From Eledone cirrhosa (lineage: Eukaryota), in NCBI GenBank assembly GCA_964016885.1, contig OZ024742.1:264802001-264866000 (forward strand): DNA of 64,000 nucleotides, written 5' to 3'. Each line of letters starts with the position of its first letter. The stretch's first letter is position 1. This document shows positions 37,724 through 50,972 of this stretch, piece after piece. Below the pieces are notes generated by a model. The model was given only the letters and a program-made list of their open reading frames with translations. It was not told the origin of the DNA and did no database searches. Both the position numbers and the translations under genes were made by a program.

Positions 37724-38219
37724 GTAAGTAGCCAAACAGTTTTATGTCTTTCACTCACTCAGTCAGTCATCATCTCATAAATCTACAGCAGGCTTGTGTA
37801 ATCAATGTTGCTATCATTATCATAGTCATCAATATTGTCATTTTCAGTAGAATGGTGGTAAGGTCTTGCTGAGCCGAGTATATAATGCATGTTCACATCA
37901 TGCTTGGAACCTTGATAGTGATAGTACTTGTGGTGGTGATGTTTGTCATAGTGACAGCAGCAGTAACAACTTCTTTCTTTCTTGCCACATCATGCCTGAT
38001 GGTCAGCAAATATGCATTGAAGAGTTATGACATATATGTATTTATGCATCTGGGTTTGTATGCATATATGTATATAAAACAAATGCTTTTCCAAGGACAA
38101 CTACATGAAGCTACAGTTGGCTCAGTCCCCAGCTGTAACAACACTAGCACTAAATAGTAATGCTGGTGCTGATGATGAAAAAAGAGGATATGATATCAAG
38201 AATGGAAAGGAGGAGGTAC

Positions 38220-38375
38220 ATGGTAACAATTGGTAGAATTCTGAGAGTATCAAACAAAATTCTTTGAGATATTTTTATTATGAACTTTTGCATTCTGAAT
38301 TCAAGTCCAACCAAGTTTGACTATGTCAACAGTGAATTAAATAAGTACAAATCAAATACTGGGGTCAACGTAATC
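38220..38375 (+). mobile_element. SINE family B, highly degenerate
   Basis: GCATTCTGAATTCAAGTCC..AAATAAGTAC..TACTGGGGTCAA. Confidence 0.45.
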
Positions 38376-41300
38376 CATCATCTATCATACCCTCCATAAT
38401 CCATCCATGCTACACCCACTAAACCACCACAATCTACTCTTTTGCATAAATCAGCCAATAATTTTATGTCCAGCTGCTTTCTCAACTCACATTTCGATTA
38501 ATGTTACATATGCAACAGACTATATTCATTTCACTCTGCTTCAACTATTGCCAATCTTCCACATTGTCTATATTTCACTGACATCCAATATAACATTTCT
38601 TACACACATCTCATTTATTCTGTTCTTTGTATTCAGAGAGAGAAACCCTTTATTACCAACAGAGGTAATAGTTCTTTACACCACCATCGCTGAATATACC
38701 ATAGGCATGGTTATGTTGGTAATAAGTATCTTCTACCATATCCTAATGTTGACCAACACTGTTTGAGTGAAATTTGTTAGATAGAAACTGCTGTGTAGAG
38801 CCCATGCTATATACATCATCATTGATATCATGTCCATTTCAAAGGCATAGGTTGGAGGAGACCTTTTGTGGCAGTGTTTTACAACTATATGTACTCACTG
38901 GAAGAGTATCTAACTTCAAAACACTGCATCAGAAAACCTTGTGTGTGTGTAAGTGTGTGTGTCAGAAACTCCCCTATATTGTTCTTTTCTGGCTAAGTTA
39001 TCTCCCTTTATGTTAATGTTTAGTGTACATTTCATATCTTATGAGAATGAAAAAAATATGTACCTAAGTACTGGTGTCAATATAATCATCTCCAGCTTGG
39101 CCTCAATCCAATTAAACCAGTAAAAGAAAGTAATGGGCTTTATATACTACATTCATTGAGCCATTTGAACAGTGTTTAGACTTAATTTCATAGTTGTCCC
39201 CCTGCCAATTATTTCAATGCATGTAGTGAGTGCATTTTGCTGTGTTCTCACTAAAACTACAAACCTAAAATGCCAACCAGAGACATTTATAGTTTTAAAA
39301 ATAGTCAATGAAGATTTCCAAGGCTTATCTAAGCGAGGCAAACCTCTGAAGAGATGGTAAGATAATATCCAGGAGTACCTGAAACTACTAATTTGGTCCT
39401 GTGAACAACTGGTACACAATCACGTCTAATGGAAATAATTGTTTATGTAGACATACTATGAAGCAGACTAGCTCTACACATAAATCACCACCAATCATTG
39501 ATGTCACTCCTTTACTAACTTCATTATGATGGCTTTTCCTTCTTTCATAAATTGTTCCCACCACATTAGGCCTCTGTAACTTTCTCTCTATTTTACACAC
39601 CAACCTTTGATCATTATACATTTTACATTGTTTTTACAACCTATCATAAGACTTTCTGTTAACTACCCTCAAGGAACCTATAGTTTTTTTTTTATCTTCA
39701 TTTCATTAATTTCATTATTCCTGCATGTCTATCTACACTGATCTATACGACTAACCTCAAATCAATGAGGGATCGACTATGCAGTCACTAGAACTGCACC
39801 TTACTCTGTTAAAAAAGGAAGGATACTTTAGATATTGTAGTTCTAGATGTCCCTAAAAATACAGGATTGTCATAACTGGATTACCTTTCATCATATGCCT
39901 GTCTTATCAGACTAACCTGGGGCAAAATATCAACAACAACAATACAGCTAACCCTATTGTTTTCTCAATTGAAATCAAGTTTCTACTTCTTATTCAACAA
40001 TCTGTGATAGACACTTCCATATCACTTCTGTAGAACAGTTCTACGTAAGGATAATGTTACAATACAACATGATTTTAACAGCAAGAGAAATATGTTTAGT
40101 AGTGTGTAATATTTTAGTAGTGTGTAATGTTTAGAACTGAGTAACATGTTTATTTGAACAGCAATATCTTGCATCACAGAAGCAATTGCCAAATATTTTT
40201 TACCAATGCTGCATCACCAATGACAGGATCTTTGAATTAACGCTTTTGATACCAAACTGCTTGAAACTACTCTTAGTTCTATGATACATTAATCATAGGC
40301 AGTGTTTTTTCATTAGAGATATGTAAACAAAAGAGTTGACTGATGATATGTTGTTGACGGTAACATATAATGATTCTCATCAAACCTTACCTTTAACTGC
40401 ACTTAAGCCTAGTGGGATTAAAACAGACTATTTTGGAGTGTGTGAGGATATCAACTGACCTATATTTAAAGATAAGTGAAATAATTTGTTGGTGGACAGA
40501 ATAGTTGGCCTCTTCTCATTTGATAAATTAAACTTTCTAAAAATAATAATTGATTTTCTGAGAGTCATTTTAGCCATTTAAGAACACAAAAACTGTAAAA
40601 TTCTATTTCTAAAGGTATCAAAATGTTGTGGCACTTCTGTGACTTCACTACTGACACAATTCAGCGGCATCTGTTGAAAATCATTTATTGGTAAACTTTT
40701 ATGAGTTTCAAAAGTTTTTTCTTTCTTTTTTTAAAAAACTTTTGAACCTACCTTGATTTACTGCATAGTTGCTGTGTGACATTTTAGCATTTGAGCCATC
40801 ATTAGTCACTTTTAGTTTCAATTTTTCTATTGAATATCTTATTTATAGTACATATTTATTGATATGTTTCATAATCAAAACTCTTACTGTTTATTTAACC
40901 AATTCACATCTACAAGCATAACACCTCTACAAACAAATGAAAAGTGAATATTGCAGTGTATTCTTAAATGGCTGAAATAGCTTTTTTCTACCAAATAATT
41001 GCTTAAGTTTTGACATGTAATCTTAGATCAAGTCACATACCACCAAACAGGTACAACCCCAAAATAATTAATCTATTCATTCATTTTCTTTGATAGACAC
41101 ACATCATTATCCAACAAATTAGCCACAGGTTATGAAGCATCTAATTAAACATATTTCTTAATGAGTTAGATGTACTTTAAAATGGAGATATCAGATTCTA
41201 TTATGTTTAGTGTCTTAATTTTGAGCTATAACTATAAAACAGCTTTGCTTTCTGTGATATTTCACAATGACAATCTGCCCTAGTTAATCATAGAAATATG

Positions 41301-41379
41301 TATGATATGTTCAAATAATAATTGATCTGGTAGAGGAGGATCTCCAAGGCTCTGACAGAAAAGTATTTTTTTTAAATAA

Positions 41380-41520
41380 TAAGATGCTTTGCAATCATTA
41401 GGTCCAAGGTTTGATCCTACTGTGTGACATTTTGGGCAAATGTCATTTATGATAACCTTGAGTTGACTCATGCCTTGTGAGTGAAATTGGGTAGAGTGAA
41501 ACTCCATGGAAGCCTATTGG
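41380..41520 (+). mobile_element. Degenerate SINE (family C) with CORE-like motif
   Basis: GGTTTGATCCTACTGTGTGACATTTTGGGCAAATGTC..GCCTTGTGAGTGAAATTGGGTAGA. Confidence 0.5.
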
Positions 41521-42500
41521 ATAGATTGCACCAGTAAATCGAAGAGCCAGCTTTAACACATACCCTTGAGTTTGTTATCATTTCCAGACTAATCATATAA
41601 ATGCATCCTACACATCTTAATTTCTGTTCAATATAACTTCATAGATCAGCAATGTTTAAACACTGAATGAGTGCATAGAGCACAGTTCCATTGACTGTAT
41701 TATACTTCTAGCATATTCTGGATTATTATTACTTAGTCTGAGGAAGAGATACACTAGCTATAACATTTACAAACCTTCCTGGATTGATAAACATAATGCA
41801 ATTGATGTTTAGCTTGAGCCTGTGTAGGTTGGCACCTGTAAGGAAAAATGTAAGCCAAGAGGGAGTGCCAGAGGGGAGCATTTCTTGGTAAGAAGGATTG
41901 GGTGGAATGTTTAGTATGGTGTTAGGTGTTATGCAGCATGCTAATTCTGAGGGACATGAATTGTTATAGAAGCAGGAACCATTATAGTTACTCTTGACGA
42001 GATGTTGAATTAGTGGCTCTCATATGTTTGTGATTGGAGATTTGCTAATCAATCAGTTGACCTTTCTTTGGATGGGTGTTGAAATATTTGTGTTTATAGT
42101 GGCTGCTGTGTCCAGGTCCCATTGATCGAAATTGAATTATTTTCTGGCTCTACAAAAAGTTTAGCCAGTCAGAAATGCTATTAATGTATATGATAACAAA
42201 TTTTACAATAATCAATGAGATTTTCACAGATTAGTGAAATACTGACAAATATATATAGGCATGGAGATCACAGCAGGTTTTTTTAATTATATTTCACAAA
42301 TGATGTTTTTTTGTGAGATAAGTAAAATGATATATCTTTTTAATATAATTTTAAGCATTATAATAATATATTGTATATATTTGTTAACCCAGTTTCATGC
42401 ATTGTAATTCATATAATCACAACAGTAAGGTTTCTCTAGAGTAAGCTTGTACACTGCATTGGCTTACACAGTACATTATTACTATAGGACTTAGATCATT

Positions 42501-43963
42501 TGTATAGAGACATCAGGTCAAGGCAACAAGAAGCTGTCCAATCCATGGAACATTGTTGTATGCCTTTTAGAGGCCTATGAAGCAAGAATACACCTCTTGG
42601 CTGCATTATAATAATATATATATACATGTTAGTACTCCTGTGATTTGTCGAATACCTGCCACAGTGTGAATATATGGTCGGCTTTGCTACATCCAGGGTG
42701 AAACCGCACTGTTTATCAGCTAGCTTGGATTCAACAATCTCCCTACATCTCTTTGCCAGTCACTTAGCAGAGACTTTACCAGGGAGGTATAACAAGGAGA
42801 TCCCTCAATAATTGGAGCAATCTCTCTTGTCTCACTTTTTGAAAATTAGGATTATCACTCCTGATTCCCATTGCTCAGGTGCCTTTCCAGAGATCTAGGC
42901 CATCCAGGACACATGAGTCAGCCTCAGAATACCTTCTCTATTTAAGGATTTTAAGATCTTGGACCAAATTTTATCCTCCCCAGCAGCCTTGCTACATTTG
43001 AGCTTTTTAATTGCTTTTTAATTGCTCCCAAATGCACCTCACGTACATCTGAAGATGCTGTTATGATCGAGTTTAGATCAGCCAAGTATTCTCTTCATCC
43101 TGTGAGGATACATCTCTCTAAAGAGAAGAGAACACCAGGCAGTCCCTGATTGCAGGTGTGTAGGAGGACCAGTTATTATGAAGTCAGTGGATTGTCTGCC
43201 AGAAAACATTATTTGTTGATTTGAAGTCAAATTCTAACTGAATCCCAAAAGAAGTAGTATCATGACTGGTGTGTGCAACATCTGTCAGCCGGAATTTGCA
43301 GATGATATGATATTACTTAATGCATCAGAAGGTGATCTCCGAAATGCAGCTGATAGGTTTGATGCCAAGTGCTGCATGGCTGGAATGAAAATTAGTGCTG
43401 TAAATACTGAAACTCTCATCCTCTCAAGGAAGCCTCTGCAGGCCATGATGAAGGCAGGAGGCTGAATTAAGTGCAAGAATTTCAGGGGCTGGTGCAATAA
43501 TGTGCTAGATTCAGCATTTGGTAACCAGAAGGATAATTGTGCCAACTCTTACCATAATGACCAAAAGTATATGATTGTGAATACAAGCAGCTGAAATGGG
43601 GTACCTGCGTAGGGTTTTCAGAGTAACACTAAGAGGGTGTAGCAGATATCAAAGATTCTCTCCAAGTAGACCTACTACTTCTCCAAATTGATAGATCACA
43701 TCTCTGATATTATGGACATCTGGTTAATGTCTCCAGAAAAAATTGCTGGACAGATTTTTCAGGCAAAACCAACTGGCAGGAGACCCTGGAGTAAACCCTG
43801 AGCAAGATGGTTGGATAACATAAATGAGCTCAGCTGGTCTCGTTTGGGGATCCAGCCAGATTAATTGAAGACAGTTTCTTCTGAAAGGACCCGCTGCATG
43901 GAGTGTTTGAGGACTTTGCCCCCACAACCCTCCCAGGAATAAGTGGGCAAAGAAGAAGTAGAG
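42501..43963. mobile_element. RTE-like LINE with inverted 5' part (- strand ~42501-43250, + strand ~43251-43963), flanked by a direct repeat
   Basis: Homologous to 108-1203; + part encodes EFADDMILL..GMKISAVNTETLILSRKP and ends in GAAGAAG; TTAGATCATT at 42491-42500 and 43964-43973. Confidence 0.8.
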
Positions 43964-44181
43964 TTAGATCATTGCTTGTGTTTCCCATCACCAAATATAA
44001 AGGTTAAGATATATCCACTTCCAGTTACAAACACATAACATGAGCCCTTCTTTTGATATCTTTTTTTTTTCTTAACTTCAAATATCGTCCGACATATAAC
44101 TTAGTCTTAAAATATCTAATGAAGGGAATATAAAAAAACAGCTTTTTATAATGACTAGTATTATTTTTTATTATTTCAGCA

Positions 44182-44391
44182 AGTGGGGTGGAGTGGCAGT
44201 ATCAGTTGGGCATGGGACAATATGCTTTGTGGCATAGTGTTACGGCTCTTTACTTTCTGATTCTGCCAAGGTTAGCTTTGTCTTTCATCCTTACAGGGTC
44301 GATAAAATAAAGTACTAGGCAAGCACTGCGGTCAATTTAATCGACTTTTCCCTCCCCTAAAAAGGCTGGCCTTGTGCCTAAATCAGAAATC
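44182..44391 (+). mobile_element. SINE family B (older, longer variant)
   Basis: Family B core; preceded by ATTATTTCAGCA (44170-44181). Confidence 0.8.
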
Positions 44392-44401
44392 ATTATTTCA
44401 G

Positions 44402-44578
44402 TGGATTGGCAGTATCGGTAGAGGGTCGGATGCCATGCTTTGACGCATAGAGTTACGGCCCTTGCCATTCTGAGTTCAAATTCCGCCGAGGTTAACTTTG
44501 CCTTTCATCCTTATGGGGTCGATAAAATAAAGTACCAGTAATACATTAATTGCTGGCCTTGTGCCAAAAGTAGAAACA
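44402..44578 (+). mobile_element. SINE family B (younger variant) inserted in the TSD of the previous SINE
   Basis: Bounded by ATTATTTCAG at 44392-44401 and ATTATTTCAGCA at 44579-44590. Confidence 0.85.
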
Positions 44579-44775
44579 ATTATTTCAGCACGTAAGGGAG
44601 ACAACTCCGGACATGTATCAGTCTTATTATGACCATCCTTATCTTAACACTATCTTCACTATTGTTTGACATATGGATGGTATATCTTTAATTTGTTCTC
44701 TAAAAACTTTTTTTTTTTTTCACTTACAAGTGGAATATTCTAGTATTTGTCAAAGTTTATTCACACACACAGACA

Positions 44776-44822
<47 letters not shown>

Positions 44823-45112
44823 TTCATGGTGATAATATTACTGAAACATGCTTGGAGTTGTCTCCTATATGGTTAGTCAATATTTACTTCTCTAGTTAAT
44901 ATTTTGATGTACTTATGTACCAGGCATATTTGACTATTGTTTCCATATATACAGTACATATGATATCATAAAATTCAACATCTTGTCCACTCTACATCAT
45001 TAGTTATGCGATTTTAATTTTTTTTTACCTTTTATATATATAAAATTTTCATTATTCAACTTTTTATCTTGGCTATCTGCAGCCAGAGTACAAGAAGTTT
45101 CTCATGTAACCT

Positions 45113-45151
45113 ATTTGATGAGTTAATGATATTATCATTAACTCATCAAAT
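45113..45151. repeat. Perfect 19-bp-arm palindrome with 1-nt spacer
   Basis: ATTTGATGAGTTAATGATA-T-TATCATTAACTCATCAAAT. Confidence 0.95.
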
Positions 45152-45158
45152 CAGCTGA

Positions 45159-45203
<45 letters not shown>

Positions 45204-46371
45204 TGTGTGTGTGCATGTGTGTGTGTCCATACCCATTTGTAAAAACATGATCCTATACGATGCTATTCAATCACCTAGAAATAATAACCAAAGTTTACCA
45301 TCATAGAAATGTATATGCTGGACAATGAAGTGCATAGTGAAAACTATGTCTGGAAAATGACTGGATGCTCATTGCTGGAATGTCTTTAATCTTAGGCTTG
45401 CTTATTCAGAGCTGACTTATAACTAAACACAATAATCTAGGTTTTTATAGTGTATATTTAGATTTTATTTTATTTTCTAATTAAAAAAAACATGTTCAAT
45501 TCCTTTTAAATATAGATCAATTAAATACTAAAGATTTAGTTTGTTTATGTTTTTGTTATATAGTTTTATTTTTATTTTTTATTTTTTATTTTTGCATATT
45601 AAATGTATTTACCCCATTTTCATCTGTATGAATTTATTTTTCTTAAACTAAAATATTATTTGTGTTTTTAGGTTTCTTTATATTTCTCTTCTTTCAGATT
45701 TTTATCTTATAATATTAGTAGCTTTAGAACTATTCCTCTTTATGTGATCACAGATATATGCTCAACTTATTATCCTTTGGCTTTACACAACTTCAGACAG
45801 TTTTTTTAATTGTATGTAAACTCTGTTAACTCCAATCATTGATCACACTCATCAATTGACTCACATCTGTATATCAATCAGATTTATGAGTTTATATAGT
45901 ACTGTTTCATTTAAAGCCATTTAAAGTTGTCTATTTCCGCAATAGTTTTATGACTTTAAACACACACACACACATACACACATGCACACACACACACACT
46001 CATGCACATATAAATGCACACTCACACTCATGCATATTAACATGTTTGCTGTTTTCTTAAGTGACAAATATTACAATTACTAAAATACAAATAGCTTTTT
46101 AATGCTTATAATGGGAGATTTATAGTTCTAATTCCTTGTCCAGTCACCGCTACAATGATTTTGGCTTTGCTCAACATGCAATTGAAACACTAATCATTAA
46201 ATACTACTTTGGTTTCTTAGTTTTAAGTTTAAAATTGCATGATACATAGTGACAACTTGATGTTCCTGGACAGTGAAGAGCCTTTGTATCTTTGCTAGGG
46301 TCACAATTCAAGACTAATGACAAAATACAGTGTTTTGATCAGTGTATAATACTCCTAGCCTATATACATAT

Positions 46372-46535
46372 ATTATCATTGTTTAGCAACCTCATTTACA
46401 GTGAGTACTGGATGCTTTTTGTCATGTTGCTTACATGACCACTTTACAGTGTGGATTGGGTGCTATTTGTTGTGACACGTACTTTTTGTCATGTTGCCTA
46501 CATGACCACTTTACAGTGTGGACTGGGTGCTATTT
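46372..46535 (-). mobile_element. RTE 3' UTR tandem-unit fragment
   Basis: CCACTTTACAGTGTGGACTGGGTGCT units, reverse complement of the 48-bp unit. Confidence 0.6.
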
Positions 46536-46539
46536 GGAA

Positions 46540-46780
46540 GCGATATATTAGGCTAACGCTTGAAATAGCAGGAAGAGGGTCTTAACGTTTTGAACACTAG
46601 TCCTTCATCAGAAGAAAAAATGAGAAATATGACAGATTGAAGGGATGGGCAGGGCGGAATTGGAAAACATGTCTTTGAATAAGGGGGAGAGATTGAAGCA
46701 AGTGTTTGACAGTGGAATGGAGCTGGCAGAGAAAAGATTTGAGATTAGGCATGTTGAAGGTACAGGGTGGGATTGAAAAA
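46540..46780 (-). mobile_element. Penelope-like terminal repeat remnant with decayed minimal hammerhead (46580-46615)
   Basis: Reverse complement TCTT-CTGATGA-AGGACTAGTGTTC-AAAACGTT-AAGA; GAAA appears mutated to AAAA at a former CpG. Confidence 0.5.
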
Positions 46781-46870
46781 ACATTTTATTTTAGTTTTAA
46801 ATAAGTAACAATAAAACAACAGTTTATTTGTAACCAATAATACATCATATATACTAAATAAATTATTTAC

Positions 46871-47060
46871 AAATAATTGTTTCTATTTTTGGCACAAGGC
46901 CAGCAATTATCCCAGTGCATTACTGGTACTTTATTTTATCAACCCCGTAAGGATGAAAGGCAAAGTTAACCTCAGCGGGATTTGAACTCAGACCGTAAAG
47001 GGACGTAACTCTATGCTGCAAAGCATGGCGTCCAACCCTCTACTGATACTGCCAATCCAC
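46871..47060 (-). mobile_element. SINE family B, young full-length copy
   Basis: Reverse complement closely matches 6145-6330 and 50784-50970. Confidence 0.88.
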
Positions 47061-47129
47061 GTAACAATAACATGTCCAGTTATTTATTACTGAATGTTTT
47101 TTTGCCACTCGTTAAAGGTTTATCAGTCA

Positions 47130-48870
47130 ATGTAACTTTAGCTTACTTGAAGTAGAAGGAGTTTCTTTTTACTTTATAAATTCATCAAGAGTTCTTTGTC
47201 TCCATGGCTATCTTTTCTCTTCTTTATAAATTTTATTATAGCAAATGTGAGTTATATTTAGATCTGCAGCATCTTTTCTACTTCATTGAAAATTTAAATC
47301 TTAAGACTTGAAAACCTCAATTGCTGTTTTGAATGTTAAAAATGCCATTGAGCATCTTAAGAGTGAAAAGATAAACAGGAGTTTCCGTTGTTAGACCTTC
47401 TTCAGATTTTTCAAAATGTTTTCCCATTTATTAGTGAACTCCTGTTTATGTGACTGAATCATACCATGTATTTCATTTAAAGAAACATTAAGGTACAATT
47501 GATTAGCAATATTAATGATCACTTGGTAGATTGACAGAATTATTAGAGCATTAGACAAAATGCTTTGTAGCATTTAGTTACAGCCCTTTATGTTCTGAGT
47601 TCAAATCTTGCTGAGGTCAACTTAGCCTTTCATCCTGCTAGGTTTCATGGAATAAAGTACTGGGGTCAATTTAATCAATTTCCTCTCTGCCAAAATTCCT
47701 GGCCTTGTGCCTACATTAGAAACAACATTAGTGATCACTTCTGTTTCATATTGAACAATTTTTATAGGTTCTTCAAAATTCTTCAAAATTGTCAATAAAT
47801 TGAGGATAGAGTTTATTCTTAAGCTTTTTTATAGTTTTCTATTATTTTTGCTGCATCCAGAACATTGAATGTTTTCTTAAAGTGTTAGGTCCTCCCCCTT
47901 ATCAGTAACATTTATTAGCTGATCAAATGTGATGCCAAAGATGAATTAATTGCAAAAGGGACATGGATTTAGCAATACAAATATTAATCTAACATTAGGA
48001 TATGGTGTAAAGTGTACATGATAAGATGCAATAGCTACAATCAGTGCACATGAAATGGAATATCTTTTTCTTCATATTATTTTATAACTTTGAGTACAAG
48101 GTGATGTAAACCAATCTTTCTTTATATGCTATCCACATGACAGGATGTGCAACTTTTACAGGACCTTTAAGTGTCCCTTGATTTTTGGCATAATTCAAAA
48201 GCATGGGTTTTAATTTGGTCTCTAGTTACATTACTTCCAAACAGTAATGTAACCCATCTTCAACTACATTAAAGCCTTGCATCAATGATTTGTCTTTAGC
48301 AATGTAGCTTCCTGGCATACACTTTCAGAAATCAGCCTGTTTCATCTACATCTACATTAGCAATTTGTTAAGGTGTGTGTGTAACCAGCTTCATCTATTA
48401 TTTTTCTAATCTTTTCAGAAATAAATTTTCTGCTTCAGTATCAGCATTTGCAGCTTGTTTTATTTTATATCTATAAAACCAGCTATTACTTGCAGAAAAT
48501 GTTTCTTCATGGTTGCTTTCTTTCTTATCTTTAAGTATCTAAAAAATAGATAATGCACAAATAACAGCTTGTGTAATTGGTATGTTTAAACATTGCATTT
48601 GATACATTATCCATGTTTATAAAAGCCTTTTCATGTGAGAAATAGATAGACCATTTCTTTATTACTACCGTCATAGATTGAAAGTAGTGTCTACTTTTAA
48701 TTTTATTCAAATGTTTTTCTTTATCCATTAATATCGTATATAAAGTTCATTGACCCAATGAAAATTTTGAAGCTAAATCTTTAATGGTTTTTCTAGCTGT
48801 GTTCAGCCTTATAATTTCTTTCAAAAGTTATTGTTTTTCGTTAATTTGTATTATCATTTTGTCATGGCAT
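47130..48870 (-). pseudogene. Decayed Tigger/pogo (CENP-B-like DDE) transposase relic
   Basis: Reverse translation ETFSASNSWFYRYK, AANADTEA, IIDEAGYT, NVDVDETG, VTLLFGSNVT, KLKPMLL, FNVLDA, IQSHKQEFTN; many stops and frameshifts; interrupted by a SINE. Confidence 0.75.
47525..47726 (+). mobile_element. SINE family B inside the Tigger relic
   Basis: 14-bp TSD with one mismatch: ATTAATGATCACTT (47511-47524) / ATTAGTGATCACTT (47727-47740). Confidence 0.82.
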
Positions 48871-49309
48871 ATTGGAAGTTGGATTGCCAAAATTTAAATT
48901 CTATCTTACAGCTAGATATGCAGTGATTTATAGCAAGAAGTAGCCCCCAAGTATTCCTATTAGCTCAAAATATAGCCACAAGAAAGGATTTAAAAAAAAA
49001 AAAAAATGATTACAACAATGAATTGATAAATAGAGTCTCTCTAAAATAAAATAACATTATTCGAATAAGATCTACCAAAACTTATATAGCTTACCTTATA
49101 TCTTAACATCTAAAATCCACTTTTTAACATCATAAACAGGGAGTTGATATAGTTTCACTTTAGGTGAAGGGGAAAGAAAATTAAGCAAAAATAAGGCCTA
49201 CCTACACTCTGGGTTATGGATATAGACTGCAGATGGCCAACTAAATACTGCTATGGGTACTCTAAAATTGCCATATGTTGTTATTCCTTAAAATTTCCAG
49301 TTATTTTCC

Positions 49310-50010
49310 CATGAGGTGTAATTAGTTAATCTTAAAGGTTTATAGCACAACTAATTAGAGACAGAATTAAGCTAAACAAGATGCAGTTTGGCTTAACATC
49401 AAGTACAGGTTCTACTGATACCCATCTTTCTGTGAGACAACTGCAGGAGAAGTACTTGGTTAACAATAAACCTCGGTATCTTGCATTTGTGAACCCAAAG
49501 AAGGCCTTTCAAGGGGTTCCCTGCTCTGAATGTGGTGGGCACTTAGGAAGCTAGATATAGGCTTTCAGGGTCATACAAGCTATAGAGGTGCAACCAGCAA
49601 TGTTAGAGTTGGCAATGTCAAAGTACAGTGACAAATGTTGAGTGCTTGTAGGGTTCCACCAGAGTTCAATCCTCAGTCTCCTTCTGTTTATCATTGTTTT
49701 CATGGCTATGAGAGAGAGTCTAAGTCTGACTGTTCATGGGAGTTCCTGTATGCTGATAATCTAATCCTTATAGATTAATCTATAAAAGAGTTAGAGGCAG
49801 AATTCCAGATATAGAAGAAAAACTAAGAATTAAAAGGCCGGTGTAAGGTGGTTAGTGTTAGGAGGGCATTAAGTTGTAGAAACCATGCCAAATATGGCAC
49901 ATATTAGCATGATGAGGTCTCTCCAACTCATCTAGTTTCAGCCCATAAGAACTTGTACAATTCATGCCAGCATCGAATGTTGACGCAAAATGATTATGAT
50001 GATGATGATG
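49310..50010 (+). mobile_element. Old RTE RT fragment joined to an RTE 3' UTR
   Basis: IAQLIRDRIKLNKMQFG..VRQLQEKYL..YLAFVNPKKAF..SWEFLYADNLIL, then GTGTTAGGAGGGCAT..(GAT)n. Confidence 0.75.
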
Positions 50011-50342
50011 AGAAGGGTGATGATTTATTATTTATTTTAGTAAAGGCCTGTGGTAGATGAGTGGCTAGGTATTCCATAAAAAGGTTGAAGGTCTAAAACA
50101 GTGGATGCTCTACATTGTTTGTCTGCTAAAATTAGTAGTCTATCCTCTTATTGTCTTTAAAAAGAGAGCACATTTGATAATGTAGATTGAGATAAACTGC
50201 TTTAAAAGATGTGATACTTATGGTTAGAGTGTCTTTGATCATAGTTCTGCTCAATCAAGTATGATTAGGAGTGAAACAATAACAACAACACCAACAACAC
50301 CAACAACATACAAATTAAACATGAAAAAAGAAATGATTTCAA

Positions 50343-50783
50343 AGCTTTGACTCCTGGCAACTGATTTGGTTGAATCCCACAAGGTTATCTTTCCAACAAC
50401 AACCCTGAGCACCTTTTACAATTCCATATGTCTAACACCCATGGACACGCTTACAAAGTCAGAAAACAGCACAGCTCCCATGACTTTAGGAAACATTTTT
50501 CATGGTCAGAGTTGCTGAAGCATGGAACAAACTACCTGCATCAGTTGTTAACTGTCAGGACACTACATCCTACAAAACTTCCATGCTTCCAGAAATGTAC
50601 TAACACGACACCTGATATTCCCCTTCCATACATACGCATGCATGTGTGTGTGTGTGTGTCTGTGTGTATATCATAACTCATACACTTTTCACTTTCCTGA
50701 CATTTGTACATTATTCTATGTACTAAACATGCACTTTTGATGAATTGTAGTGCACCTGAGCACTGTACACAATAATTTTCATT
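50343..50783 (+). mobile_element. CR1-clade LINE 3' end
   Basis: LATDLVESHK..THGHAYKVRKQHSSHDFRKHF..RVAEAWNKLPASVV (RGH-K..FFS-RV..WN-LP signature); terminal GTGCACCTGAGCACTGTACACAATAAT. Confidence 0.8.
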
Positions 50784-50972
50784 GTGGATTGGCAGTATCG
50801 GTAGAGGGTCGGACGCCATGCTTTCCAGCATAGTTACGTCCCTTTACGATCTAAGTTCAAATCCCGCCGAGGTTGACTTTGCCTTTCATCCTTACGGGGT
50901 CGATAAAATAAAAGTACCAGTAATGCACTGGGTAATTGCTGGCCTTGTGCCTAAAGTAGAAACAATTATTAT
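50784..50972 (+). mobile_element. SINE family B abutting a splice acceptor
   Basis: Young family B copy; its ATTATTAT tail runs into the polypyrimidine tract ending in AG at 50990-50991. Confidence 0.88.

Noticed and set aside
40456-40466. RORE consensus (AATATAGGTCA on - strand) inside the putative BMAL1 intron, plus scattered D-box-like TTATGTAA sites
   Set aside because: About one or two such matches are expected by chance in 64 kb of AT-rich DNA; not paired or near the candidate promoter.
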